From: Squalus acanthias
Taxonomy: Eukaryota
Assembly (NCBI GenBank): GCA_030390025.1
Contig: CM059448.1
Coordinates: forward strand, 36,022,001 to 36,086,000
Direction: 5' to 3'
DNA: 64,000 bases
The translations under genes and the position numbers were made by a program. Under the pieces are notes generated by a model. It did no database searches. It worked only from the letters and a program-made list of their open reading frames with translations, and was not told the origin of the DNA. Every line of letters starts with the position of its first letter. Position 1 is the stretch's first letter. Positions 50,860 through 63,847 of the stretch are shown in pieces.

Positions 50860-53800
50860 GTGCAGAAACAAGTTAAGGAAATGGTTACAAACTGGAAATA
50901 CATTTATTTTTAAATAACATACATATTAATAGATGTGATCAGTTCTGGGCTCTGAAATTTAATCAGCTCAATCACACGGGTTGCTGGGAATTGAGTTAGT
51001 GACTGTTAACATAACTGTGGGGTCTGCCAAGGAAAGGAAACGGAAACCACCCTTTATCAGATTCAAGATAAAAAGAAGAAACGTGAATACTGAAGATCTG
51101 AAATCAAAACAGGAAATTCACAGCAACTCAATTAGCATCTGAAATAGGAAGATTAACACTTCAGATTCTGATAAAGTGCCCCAGCCTCAACATTATGTTC
51201 TCTCTTTCGGTGCTGATCCACTTGCTGTAGATTTTCCGCATTTTCTGTTCATTTTAAAATGGTTTATACATTTAAAAAAATGTATTTATTTATTTTTTTT
51301 AAAGTGTTTTCATGTATTTTCTCAGCTGAAATGTAACTGATAAAAGCCTCCAGCGTACAGATTAGGAAACAATTATCACTGCTATCGGCAGAAAAACTAA
51401 TTGCTCAATGCGCAAATAAACTTTAGAAACTAACCAGAAATTCCATTTTTCACAAGCAGTTCGAAGGGGAGGCAGAGAGAGATTAAAGGTTCCCTGGAGG
51501 ACATTTCCATTGTCCCTTTGTCCCCCAAAGACGTTCACTTCTGCTGGGTATGGTTCCGTGGGTGCTGGCTCGTTTCAGTGGCCATTGTTTCCTGTGAGCC
51601 CATGCTACAAATTATTGGTTGGCTATTCAACTGGGAGGTGGGGAAGGAAGGGGTGGGGGAAGGAGATATCTCAAGCAAGGCCGGCTATTTGACCACATCG
51701 GGGCATCAAACCTGAGCCCAATCCGATCGTCATCCGACACACCGAAAAAATCTAAATTGTTAATTTGCACTTTAGTCAATTAGTGCTAATAATAGGGGAC
51801 CCTTTATACAAAGCCCAAAACCACAGGTTATTGCAGCAGATTATTTTCTCAACTCAAGTAGTCTTTTGGATCCTCCTGCTCCAAAGAGAAAATGGAACTT
51901 GGTAAAATCTTGCTCCTACCAAAGACTTTATTTCACTTGCAGAAAAAGCCGACAGGTTTCTGTTGTACAACAACAGGGCATTAACTGCTGGTCCCAGTGC
52001 TCCTGATTTAGGAGAGAAAAATTGGCTAGCGTTTCCCTTTCTGATGTTCATCAATGCCAAAAGTGTGTGCCTGGTGACAACCGGATTGGGCTCGGGTTTG
52101 ATGCCCCCGATGTGGTAAAATAGCCAGCCTTGGCCAAGATCTCCTGCCCCCCCCCCCGCCCCCATCCTTCCTTTCCCACCCACCAATCGAATAGCCAACC
52201 AATAATTCATAGCCTGGCTCACACAGGAAAAATAGCCACTGAAGGAAGCCAGCACCCACGGAACCAGACCCAGCAGCAGAAATTAATACTTTGGGAGGAA
52301 GGTGACAGAGGGACAATGGAAATGTCCTCCAGCAGCTTCTTTAAAAAAATCAAAACTGGAAATGCAAACTACCTGAGTGATTTTAGAATCCATAGTTCAC
52401 AGGAATGTAAAAATGATACCAGTGATCTAATAACGTCCCAACTCACCACTTCACTATGACTAGGTGCTTAAACAAGGAGGCAGCTGTTTTTAGTAGACAG
52501 TGCTGTGTAATAGCCTGGCACACATGACTGTTCACAGATTTATTTTAATGGAACTACTCCCGAGGAGTCAGGACCTCGAATGACTCTGACCGGTTAGGGT
52601 GGTGTACAGTTCCGTTATTGCACACACTGGGGATTTGTGCATAATAGCGAGAGGAAGTTGCTGTAGCCAGGTCAAGTAACATTAAGCTACTCCGACCACA
52701 AAGATTTTGCTGCAATATAGCCCAGGGCTTTCATTCTATTGCCAAAGTTGGCAGTAAGTGCTAAAAACCCCCCACAAAAATCAGTTTTATATAGCATTTC
52801 CCACTTTCTCCATCTTCCTGTAAATGGAAACTACACCTGGTATAGCCGTAACAGGTAAATTACTCGAGCTTTGTTTACCTTCCTACGCTCTCCTGCTGGG
52901 ATACACCAGGTGCCCTCTGCTACCTCACCCAAACAGCCATTCTTCATGGGAAAACCTGGGCAGCGAGTATCAGGCTACTCAATTTTGCTGGACTTCATGG
53001 TCATACCCGATTCTGTCCAGCTAACATGCACAAGGTATCCAGCAGAAGTCATTGAACATGGTCAAGAGCTGCAACCATGGCCGATTTTCTCCTCCCTAGC
53101 CCAGAAGCTCTTCAGCTCTTTCTGTGCTCCAGCCTCCAACTAGTTCAGTTCCATGAGGCACCTCCCCTGGTTACGGTTGCAGCAGCGTGAAATACATTTT
53201 TTAAACGTGCATTTATAAAGCACCGTATCAGGTTGCGTGGAACCTGCGAAAATGCTTCACATCCAATTAACTACTCTTTGTTGAAGTGCAGTTATCCTTA
53301 TATGGGTAAATATGGCCGTCAAGATCCCATAAACAGCAAATGAGATTAATGAGCGATGAAGCGGTTTTTGGGTGGCGTTGGACATGGGAGGAATGTTGGC
53401 TAGGACATCGGAGAACTTATCCTCCTCATCAAAAAGTGCCATGTAATTTTTGATGGCCATATGAACCATGTGACTAGGTAGAAAGGGCCTTGGTTTAACA
53501 AAGAATCATAGAATGATAGGCCATTCGACCCAGCGTGCCTGTGCCGGCTCTTTGAAAGAGCTATCTAATTAGTCCCAGGGCAGATTATGTTTTAGAAAAC
53601 ATAAAACACAAAAGAGGTAAGCAAACAGGCCCAAGCCTGCACTACTCACTAAGCTGATACCACATCAACACTAATTTTGTAAATCTTATTGGCTGTTAGC
53701 ACCAATGGGCCTCAACATCCCAGGGGAAGGGGGAATTTATATTAAAGGAAACAGCCAGTGCTCCCACTCCTGCTGACTACCCAGTGACTCCTGCCAGAAA

Positions 53801-54288
53801 ATGTGTTTGTGCCAAAATCGGGTGACGACAGGATTGGGCGATGTCGACCACAGTGGATTGATAAACTTGGGCAAGGTACCAGAGAGCAACAGGTATTTTA
53901 CACAACTTAAAAAGGGGAGAAAACAGCAAACAAAATGCACCACTTCCAGCTTTGGAACTTTCCACAGTCTTGCCAGAAGTATAGTCAGTGAAGCGGAGAC
54001 TCACGCTGGTCCCAGGTGCAACAGTGGACACCACAAATCTCCCAGCTCCACCTGTAAATTGTGCACTCACAAGCAGGCGGCCAGCACACTGGCTAATCTG
54101 TCCGAGTACAGGGTGCGCTATCGGGAAAAAAAACCTTACCACCCAGCATCAACACATTGAAAACATCAGATGGAGAATCAGGAAACCACAGTCCGTTCAC
54201 TCCCAAAGCCAAGTCAGTGGGAAACAAACACTGCTTCAACAAGGGCTTTTTTTGTGCTCTCTCCAACTCCACCCAAAAGAAAGGATAT
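50860..54288 (-). other. HIP1: U12-type (minor spliceosome) AT-AC intron between exons 2 and 3
   Basis: 5'SS ATATCCTTT (54288-54280), branch site TTCCTTAAC (50880-50872), terminal AC (50861-50860); splicing restores AGG-A|CG-TGT (R-T-C). Confidence 0.95.
51494..52332. repeat. Inverted repeat pair (51494-51742 / 52063-52332) of SINE-derived sequence
   Basis: ctggaggacatttccattgtccct and downstream blocks are mirrored; ORFs 51510..51692 (+) and 52026..52316 (-) give similar translations. Confidence 0.88.
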
Positions 54289-54352
54289 TCCTGGCATGTT
54301 TTTCCTTCACAGCAACTTCCTGTGTGTTAATAGCCTTATTGATGCTGACGCT
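54289..54352 (-). CDS. HIP1: HIP1 coding exon 2 (SVSINKAINTQEVAVKEKHAR), ANTH domain
   Basis: Acceptor ...ctcttttgcag|AGC; 64 nt; translation matches HIP1 TVSINKAINTQEVAVKEKHAR; donor is U12-type |ATATCCTTT. Confidence 0.96.
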
Positions 54353-56654
54353 CTGCAAAAGAGGGGGGGGAAAAAATCAGTTTTTCTCAAAGCATTAATA
54401 CCAGTAAAATAATTATAAATACTTATTTGCAAATTTTATTTCACTTCTCCCCAAGGTTTGACTTGCAAGGCAGCATTTGAGAAACTTATTGAAGTGACCA
54501 TTCTTCATGACCGAGCTTGGCAGTGAGCACCAGTGGGCTATTTGGCTCTTGAAGCATCACAGCTGCGCTCGATTCCATCCCGAGCCAACATCCACACACA
54601 TGGGAACCCTGACTGCCTTTTCTCCCCCATCCAGCCTTTCTTTTGAGCCCAATTACTGTACTACCTGGGAGGTAGAATCCACTCAAGAAGCAAACAATTT
54701 TGGTTTATACACAAGCCTGTGCTCCTTCAGTGATCCACGGTAACCAGTTCTTTTAGTCCAGTGATCTACCTTATTACTTCCAATCAGACAGCTGGGTCCT
54801 TGATCACAACGCCCCTCCCCATCCTCCAATAAAGGAAAAAGAGTTAGTAAACAGTGTTTTGTTTCACTAGAATGAATAGTTCTTGCTCGAGAAATCTCCC
54901 AATGTAGCCTTTATCCAACTCTGCTCAGCACAAACACAGAAATGCACCATCTTAATGCCCATCTTACACAGTGATAGGAACGCAGGGTTGCTCCACAGAT
55001 TCTAGTGTTTCATGTTCTCACTCCAATCTGCAGCAGTGCGTGTGGTGGGGATGGAGACACGTTCTGATCAAGAGTGGTATTAGCAGTGGTTTGGGAGCAG
55101 GTTACCCACCTACTATATCAGCTAGGACTAGCAATATAGTGCAAAGACAAAACAGGGAAAGAAGCAAGGGCAAAAACTGCATCCAGCGAAACTCAGAAAC
55201 CTCCATTTTTGTCCTGTAATAGTGTGCCTGAAAAGGGACGAGAGAAAACACCAATATATCAGGGTCTTTCAAGTGCACAAATTTAAAATTGTCTGTAGAG
55301 ATAGTGTAGAAATAGTCCGATGAGAAACACTACAAACATGAGCTAAACCTAGGACAAACCTGAAGGTTATGCACAATCCCATCCCAGATCACAGAAGTAG
55401 TAATCCAAGCCTGTTGGCATAGAAGCGGCCTGCAAAATGGTTTTACACGCAACTCAACACATTGAATGACTTGAGGGTCAGTGACTGCAGAAACACGAGT
55501 CTTGCAGCAATGACTGACTGCGCTTGCAAGTATAAATAACCTGACCTTCATACCGCCACTGGGGGTGAAGACCCACAACTGGAATAGCGACCTCAGGTAG
55601 ACTGTCGGATACACCGAGCCAGTTCAGTGCGTCACTGTGCTTATGCTGTGATGCAACACTGCATCATGATGCAAGCACACCGACTGATCGGGAGCTCGGT
55701 ATCAAATTCCCAGATCTACCCACGGTCTGCATCGTGACACACTGCATATGAACGGAATTAGAGGTCTTCAACTTAGGGAGTCGACCTACTTAGGATATCG
55801 GATCCAGACGACAATATAAAACGTAGGAGAAGTTGTATCTGGCTTTGCCAAGGCTGCAATTGGCAAACTGCGTTCAGTTTTGGTTTCCATATGACAGAAG
55901 AAATGTAGAATTATTGGAGGGAGTCCAATGGAGGACACGGGGCCAATTACTGAACCTAGAAGGCCGTTATGAGAAAATGATGGTCTATTGTGGGACTTTA
56001 CTCTGGAGAGGGATGACGAGAGAGGGGAGGGGAAGCGAAGAGACAGGTTTGGAGAATTTGGATCCAGGAAAGCTCTTCAGTCAATTACAGGACTCAAGGA
56101 GTAGGGAATAGTGTGTGAAAAGGAAAATAGGAAATTTAGGCAACTTTTTTTTTTGAAGTAAGAGGATGATATAATGATTCAACATATTACTGGTGGGGGC
56201 TGAATAAATTGTTAGAAAGGAGGATACAGGGCCATTAGGTTCTAGAATGTTTGCTGTAAAGCTCTTTGGGACATCCTGGGGCCATGAAAGGTGCTATACA
56301 AGTTCTCTCTTTTCTTTAGAATTGCAGTAAGGAATCAAAAAGGAAAGTGGAAGGTATGTTACGTGAACCAATAGACCCCTGCCCAAATTATCATAAACAA
56401 CACTTACAATTACTAAGTTTACTATTCTCAAAAAAATATTCACAATCCATGTGTTGGTTGCCAGTTGGCGGGGGAGGTAGAGTAGAAAGTGTTCTGGTGA
56501 TTTTTTTCCCTCAAGATGCTTCCTCCTCCCACCCCAATTACCAATTAACAGATAAACCTGTGAGAGGGAGTCAAGGAATCTGAAGTCAATTCAACACCAG
56601 AAAAGGCATATTGGAGAAATGATGAGGAGGCTGTTAGATGTAAAGACACTTTTA

Positions 56655-56830
56655 CATAAGAACGTAAGAACTAGGAGCAGGAGTAGGCCATACGGCCCCT
56701 CGAGCCTGCTCCTCTATTCAACAAGATTATGGCTGATCTTTGACCTCAATTCCACTTTCCCGCCCTATCCCCATATCCCTGGATTCCCCTAGAGTCCAAA
56801 AATCTACCTATCGCAGCCTTGAATATACTC
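56655..56830 (-). mobile_element. CR1 LINE 3' end
   Basis: cataagaacgtaagaactaggagcaggagtaggcc tail. Confidence 0.85.
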
Positions 56831-57552
56831 AACAACTTTACATTACGTTAGTGCCACTGGCTCCGAATGACACAGCTGGCCAAAAATACCAAGTAAAGCT
56901 GATTCACTAAGGCAATTGGCTAGTAAACTGAGCAATACAGAAACAACTTTAGTAAAACCAACTTAAATAAAACAATGGACACCATAGAGAGAAACAGAGG
57001 CTCAAGGTCAACAGAGAGGTGGACACAGAACTACCCTGATGGGAGAGTGGGTAAAGGCATACATGGAAATGGTCTCATGGTTGACAACCGTATCATCAAA
57101 AAGGTCACAGTCTCGATCCCCAGGTAGTGCTGGGTTAGCGGATCTTAACTGGGGCAGCAACAGGCCTGTCACAATTGGGCTCATTGTTCCTGGGTTAAGG
57201 AGCAATGGGGGGGGGGGGGGGGGAAATCAGCCAAGGTTCCTGCTCCTGATTAATATCAAATTATTTGAATGGGAAATGGACGTCAGGTGTGAACAAGTGC
57301 AGGCTTAGCTGTAATTTCCACAGGGTTAAATCTCCTGCCAACACATACTGTCTGGATTCACATAAACAATAAGACCAAAGAACTAGATAGACAGGAGAGA
57401 CAGACAGCAGACAGTTGCAGAGATAAATGGAGCACTAACAATGTGATAGATAAGCGAGGGAAGAGTGAACAGACTGACATGATTGACAAACAGGAGAACG
57501 AGGGATTAACATTGACAGAAGAACAGAGTGACAGGCAGAGAGGGGAGGTTGG

Positions 57553-57556
<4 letters not shown>

Positions 57557-57586
<30 letters not shown>
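57557..57586. repeat. (GA)n microsatellite within a purine-rich tract (another (GA)n at 32713-32737)
   Basis: Directly visible. Confidence 0.9.
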
Positions 57587-57592
<6 letters not shown>

Positions 57593-59984
57593 AGGAGGGG
57601 AGGGGAGGGGAGGGGAGAGATTAACAGATTGACAGACAGTAATGAGAGAGATTAACACAGTGATAGACAGGGAAAAGCAAAGCTGTCCATGGACAGAATC
57701 TCAACAGAGGTGAATTCCTGTTCCCAGTGAGTGTCACTTTGCACATTGGTAGTATGTTGAAAATAAAATTATTGTTTTCACTTTTGGAAAAAGGTTTATC
57801 AAATGCACATGGACTGTGCAAGAACATCCGCCCAGCACTCAGGGAATTCAATGACCAGAGAGGAGACTGGAAGCACTGAATAAAGCTGGCCGAAATCCAA
57901 CTACAGCAACAAGAATTCAGCACGTTAAATCCGGCACTCTGGCTGGCTTTGTTGGGGGGAGGAGCAATGACGGAATCTCAGTGAAGAGCACATCATACCG
58001 TCGGGTAAATCAAGAGCAGTAACATGCGTGCACACCAGATTAAACATTGAACAACTGGGAGGCACTTGCACCTGTTCAAGACTGTTTTAAAAGGCGGCAC
58101 AGACAAAAAATGTAATAAAATAAGACAAAAAAATCGACAAAGAAGTTCAGCGTCTGATGTAAAGGCTGTTAAAGCAGTTTTCCCCCTGGATAATGTACGG
58201 TCGACAACACCCAATAGTATAGAGAGGAACTCTGCCTCCAAGGCTGGGGGGCTCCAACAGCAGCTCAGAGGTGATGCAAATGGCTTTACTGGAAGTTCAA
58301 CAAGTCAGCAGGGTCTGGTGATACATTGAAGAGAGGCACTCATAGGTTGTGGGTCTCCAGCACCATGTCCTACAGCATATTAATATCAAAAAGGGAAGGG
58401 AATAAAAGAAATACAAAAGCTCATTTTTAAGGGGACAAAGTCGTCCCGTTAGGGTGGAAATTACAGTCGACACTATTTTCATTTGAATTCTTAACGTATA
58501 TGTAAATAATTCCTTAACCTGTGGTTTAACACCTCGGTCACAATAACGCAGGGGGAAATTTGGCAGAATTGTGCTCTGCGTTCATTGGTCAACACCACCA
58601 GACGTAGACACTACCTCTCTTTGTTACTGTCTCCCCAAGACGGAACCATCTATACCCGAGGGAGCAGGTCAAGATCTTGCTCCAGGAATCATAGAATCTT
58701 ACGGCACAGAAGGAGGCCATTTGGCCCATCTTGCCTTGGAAAGGGCTATCCAATTAGTCCCACTCCACACTCTTCACCCATAGCCCTGCAAATCTACCCA
58801 TGCTGCGGTTACAGGGGGTGCACTGGACTCTCCGACCAACATTCTATCTCTGCAGGGAAGCATCCGGTGTCCTTTCTGTGCCGGAACAGAGTCAGAAGGC
58901 TAACATCACCAATTCAACAGTCTAGGAGGGTACACATGAACAATCCGGTGCCACCACATTTTCGTGCTCTGACACAACGCACCACTGAGCTGATCATTTA
59001 TCCATAAACACCTGCTGGAAAGTTGAGTGTATCTGCAGGTCAGGTGGAGAGAAAAAAAAAGCATCAGGCTCAGCAGCAATGCCCTTCATAGTAAGTGTTA
59101 GTGAGCTATTCTACTATCAAGGCTGAAAATTCTAGAGGCGCCACTTGAGCGATGTACTTGAAGCACCCTCAGAAATTCTTTTTGGAAAAACAAAATATAC
59201 TTCAGGTGCCTGGATCAGCTCCCAGTTTGTGACGAGTTCAATAATCTTCGGCTCTTCAACTAGCTTCAATCCCCGGGTTAAGGAGAGTAAAAATTAACGA
59301 AAGGTCCAGTCCCTGATCACTTCCAATCACTCTTGTTGGAAAGTTCACATTTGGTTGTCAGGCGACGACTGGATCTGTCAGTTGTGATGCCCTTGTGGTA
59401 AAATATCTTTGTGGCACTCACACATGAAGAATGGTCAGAAGGCTGCCCAAGTCCATGAATGTTGGTGGGCTATTTGACCAGGGAATTAAGACCAATTGAT
59501 GCAGCTCCATAGCCCCACTGAGATCCGCTAGAGTAGAAATCGAATCGCAGATCCTCGTGGTCCCTGTACAGCTTTTCTCTCCAAATTGTCTGTTTTCCTA
59601 AAGGCTCTGACCTCCCATTGGGTTGCAGTTCTATTGGTGTCAGAAACTCGCTGCTACCTCGCCCAAATCCAGATGGATAAACATTTTCAGCAGGAAGAGA
59701 GAATAAATACCTTATAAATCATTCATAGTGGAGACTGAAGATTGGCTTGTGATGTCATCCACACTTCGATGAGAACTGTGCCTCATACTTTGGTATGCGG
59801 GAACCATGTGTGACATCAGCTCAGCAACAGTCTCACCACACACTAGCAAATATGCAACAGCACTGCATTAAAAGGAATTAATTGAATCCCCAAGGTCGGT
59901 GGAGGTGCCACCCAGTCATTCACTCAGACTGCTCTCTATACTTACTGTAAATTCAGATTTTAACTGCAATTAGTTTTTTTTTTA

Positions 59985-60608
59985 AATGGCGAGAGATTGG
60001 GAAATGTTGGCTTTCAGAGAGACCTGGGTGTGCTTATACACGAATCACAGAAGTTAACATGCAGGTACAGCGAAATTAGGAAAGCAAATGGTATGCTAGC
60101 CTTTATTACAAAGGGATTGGAGTATAAGAGTAAAGCAATCTTAGTACAATTATATAGGGCCTTGGTGAGACCACACCTGGAGTACTGTGAAGAATTTTGG
60201 TCTCCTTACCGAAGGAAGGATATACTTGCCTTAGAGGGAGTGCACTAGACTGATTCCTGGGATGAGGGGATTGTCCAAGGAGGAGCGATTGAGTAGACTA
60301 GACCTATATTCCCTCGAGTTTAGAAGAATGAGAGGTGATCTCATTGAAACATATAAAATTCTTAAGGGGCTTGACAGGGTAGATGTTTCCCCTGGCTGGG
60401 GAGTCTAGAACTAGGATCACGAGAGATTCGCTGCAATTCTCTATCCCAGAGGGCTGTGGATGCTCAGTCGTCGAGTATATTCAAGACAGAGAGCGATAGA
60501 TTTTTGGATACTAAGGGTGGAGTTGAGGTTGAAGATCAGCCATGATCTTATCAAATGGCGGAGCAGGCTCAAAGGACCAAATGGCCTACTCCTACTCCTC
60601 TATGTTCT
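59985..60608 (+). mobile_element. CR1 LINE 3' fragment
   Basis: QRDLGVLIH..KANGMLAFI..LYRALVRPHLEYC..FWSP; CR1 tail. Confidence 0.92.
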
Positions 60609-60634
60609 AATTCAAACGAGTGAAAACCACCAAA

Positions 60635-61490
60635 GGGCATGTGTTGCATCCCTCTGCGACACCCTGGTCCACTCCTCTATCACCCCCCAACACCCCTTCG
60701 CCCGGCACCTTCACGTGCAAGCGCAAATGCAGCAACACATGCCCTTTTACCTCCTCCCTTCCCACTGTCCAGGGCCCCAAACACTCCTTCCAGGTGAAAC
60801 AGCGATTTACTTGTACTTCTTGCAATTTAGTATACTGTATTCGCTGCTCACGATACGGTCTCCTCTACACTGGGGAGACCAAACGCAGATTGGGTGACCG
60901 CTTTGCGAAACACCTCCATTCAGTCCGTATGACCCCGCGCTTCCGGTCGCCCGTCACTTCAATTCTCCGCTTCACTCCCACTCGGACCTCACCGTCCTCG
61001 GCCTCTTACACTGTTCCAATGAAGCTCAACGCAAGCTTGAGGAACAGCACCTCATCTTTCGATTAGGCACTTTACAGCCTTCTGGACTCAACATCAAGTT
61101 CAACAATTTCAGACCATAACCTCTGCCCCTATCTGTTTTTTCATTTTTTTTCCCTCTCTCTCACATGGTAGCTGTTGATCATTCTGCCATTGCCATTTAC
61201 ACTTCATCTTTTATTTCTTAACCTGTCCCATTACCATCTCCTTTTGCCTTGCACCATCATCCCTTTTGTCTCTTAATCTCTCCTGCCTTCCATCCTAACA
61301 CAGACCTTCCTTTTTGTTCTTTCCTCCCCTCCCCCCTTTCCCTGCCCCTACACTTGCTTAAAAACCTGTTCCATCTCCAACTTTTTCCAGTTCTGACGAA
61401 GGGTCATCGACCTGAAACGTTAACTCGGTTTCTCTCTGCACAGATGCTGCCTGGCCTGCTGAGTATTTCCATCATTTTCTGTTTATACTT
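60635..61490 (+). mobile_element. Penelope-like element 3' fragment: GIY-YIG endonuclease remnant plus hammerhead-containing terminus
   Basis: FTCTSCNLVYCIRCSRYGLLYTGETKRRLGDRFAKH; CTGACGA-agggtc-atc-gacct-GAAA-cgtt at ~61393-61421. Confidence 0.9.
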
Positions 61491-62224
61491 CACGAAAACA
61501 GATTATTTGGTCATTATCACATTGCTGTTTGTGGGAGCTTGCTGTGCACAAATTAGCTGCTGCGTTTCCTACATTACAACAGTGACTACACTTCAAAAAT
61601 AAAGCTGTAAAGCGATTTGGGACGTCCAGTGTTTGTGAAAGGCGCTATATAAATGTCTTTCCTTAAAGTCTCTCTTTTCTCTTTTCCATCTCTGATCAGA
61701 TGTTCTTTCTGTGGGAATTAAAGATCCTACGACACTACTCAAAGAGGAGCAGGGAGTCCCTCAGTATCCTGACCAACATTCCTCCTTCAAGCAACACCAC
61801 CAGAATTAGATTAACTGATCCTTCATCTCATTGCAGTTTATGGTATTACTGCACTTTAAGTAATACATTGTATGTGAAGTGCTTTAGGATGTACTGAGAA
61901 TTATAATAAAGCACGATGTAAATGAAAGTCCCTCTTTCTCCAGAATGGTCTGTGGTGCAGTTTGGTCACAAAAAAAGGAAGCGACACAATTAAAATAAAT
62001 GGAAAAATTCAATACACTTCTGTAAAACACAATATTTGGACAAATAATTAGGAAGATACCCATGTCCTCCAAAGGCTCAGTTTTGCCCAGAGTGGTACCG
62101 AGCCAAAACACAAAGGAAGATCCCAGACGTGATCACTGGCACGTGCTGAGTTAGCCGATCTTGGACTGCTTTCGGCTAAGGTCCTGCCAAAATCACTGAG
62201 CGCCGTTCAGCTGCATGCCAAATA

Positions 62225-62697
62225 TGATTAACCACTTTGGTCGGAAAAATAGAAAAGCAGAGTATTTTTTAAATGGAGAGAGATTAGGAAATGCTGGTGT
62301 TCAGAGGGACCTGGGTGTTCTTGTACACAAATCACTGAAAGTTAACATGCAGGTACAGCAAGCAATTAGAAAAGCAAATGGTATGTTGGCCTTTATTACA
62401 AGAGGATTTGAGTATAAGAGTAAAGACGTTTTACTGCAATTATACAGGGCCCTGGTGAGACCACACCTGGAGTATTGAGTACAGTTTTGATCTCCTTACC
62501 GAAGGAAGGATATACTTGCCATAGAGGGAGTGCAAGACAGAGATCGATAGATTTTTGAATATTAAAGAAATCAAGGGATATGGGGATAGTGCAGGAAAGT
62601 GGAGTTGAGGTAGAAGATCAGCCATGATCTCATTGAATGGCGGAGCAGGCTTGAAGGGCCAAATGGCCTACTCCTGCTCCTACTTCTTATGTTCTTA
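62225..62697 (+). mobile_element. CR1 LINE 3' fragment with an internal deletion
   Basis: HFGRKN..QRDLGVLVH..LYRALVRPHLEY; tail cttatgttctta. Confidence 0.92.
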
Positions 62698-63164
62698 TAA
62701 CTACATATGATTTTCTATTTCTCAGTTTAATTGTTAAGCTGCTGATGTGCTGTCACACAACTGATTACAAGTAGAATTTGTTCAAAATCCATAGATTCCA
62801 GATTGGGGTGCCCGAGGGATCGGTATTAGGACCCCGACTGTTTCTCAATTACATTAACAACTTGGATATAGAAGCTTAATGTAAAATGGTCCAAGCTGCA
62901 CAACATACAAAATGGGGAGCGAGGGGTGCGGAGTTGAATCTGAATCTGCTTTGTTCTTGGTGTCAGTGAAGTGTCGGAGTCACCAGTTTCCATAATGTGG
63001 AGTTCATACATCCAGTACAATCCGGGATAACCACCTTAGCAAATCTGGCAGGTTCAGATTTGGGATGTCACCAGTTGCACAGGGCTCGTGCTTTGGGAAT
63101 ACGCTGCACAAACATCTGACTGTCGCCAATATCAAAACAGCTCAAGAGACAGAGCGAGGTCTAC

Positions 63165-63379
63165 AGCAACAACAACTTGCATTTATATAGCACCTTTAAC
63201 ATAGTAAAACATCCCAATGCACTTCACAGGAGCGTTTTCGGACAAAGTTTAACACCAAGCCACATAAGTATTCGGACAGATGACCAAAAGCTTGGTCAAA
63301 GAGGTAGGTTTTAAGGAGCATCTTAAAATGGGAGAGAAGTAGAGTGGCAGAGGTTTCGGGAGGGAATTTCAGAGCATAG
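63165..63379 (-). mobile_element. L2 LINE 3' end
   Basis: caacaacaacttgcatttatatagc tail; LKTYLFDQAF. Confidence 0.85.
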
Positions 63380-63847
63380 GAAAAGAAAAATGACTTGCAT
63401 TTATATAATGTCTTTGACGATCTCAGGACGTCCCAAAACGCTTTACAGCCAATGAAGTACTTTTTAAGTGTAGTCACTGCTGTAATGTAGGAAACACGGC
63501 AGCCAATTTGCGCTCAGCAAGATCCCACAAACAGCAATGTGATAATGAACAAATAATCTGTTTTTTGTGATGTTGATAGTGGCTTAAATATCGGCCAGGG
63601 CACCTGGGATAACTCCCCTGTTCCTCTTCGAAATAGTGCCATGGGATCTTTTACATCCATCCGAGAGAGCAGATGGGACCTCAGTTTAACGTCTCATCTG
63701 AAAGACGACACCTTCGACAGTGCAGCACACCCTCAGTGCTGCATCAGAGTGTCAGCCTGGATTTTTGTGTTCAAGTCTTTGGAGTGGGACTTGAACCCAC
63801 AACCTTTTCACCAGAGGAGAGAGAGTGCTACCCACTGAGTCACAGCT
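63380..63847 (-). mobile_element. Near full-length tRNA-derived Deu-domain SINE (SacSINE1/AmnSINE-like); partial copies at ~53190-53500 and 61500-61940
   Basis: Minus strand: A box tgactcagtggg, B box ggttcaagtccc, Deu-like gatgagacgttaaactgaggtcc, L2-like tail taaatgcaagtc. Confidence 0.8.

Noticed and set aside
51346-51360. 15-bp match gcctccagcgtacag shared with the MITE flank at ~21082-21096
   Set aside because: A 15-mer match is expected by chance in a 64-kb self-comparison, and the similarity does not extend
2800-54352. Assignment to HIP1R instead of HIP1
   Set aside because: Residues such as LFYRSSNLQYF..IPQLPE, LSSNAVLCWKFCHVFHK and MSRSVSVTAAGQC match HIP1 as I recall it; a reciprocal BLAST would confirm
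63770-63847. tRNA gene
   Set aside because: A and B boxes belong to a SINE head that continues into the SINE body and tail
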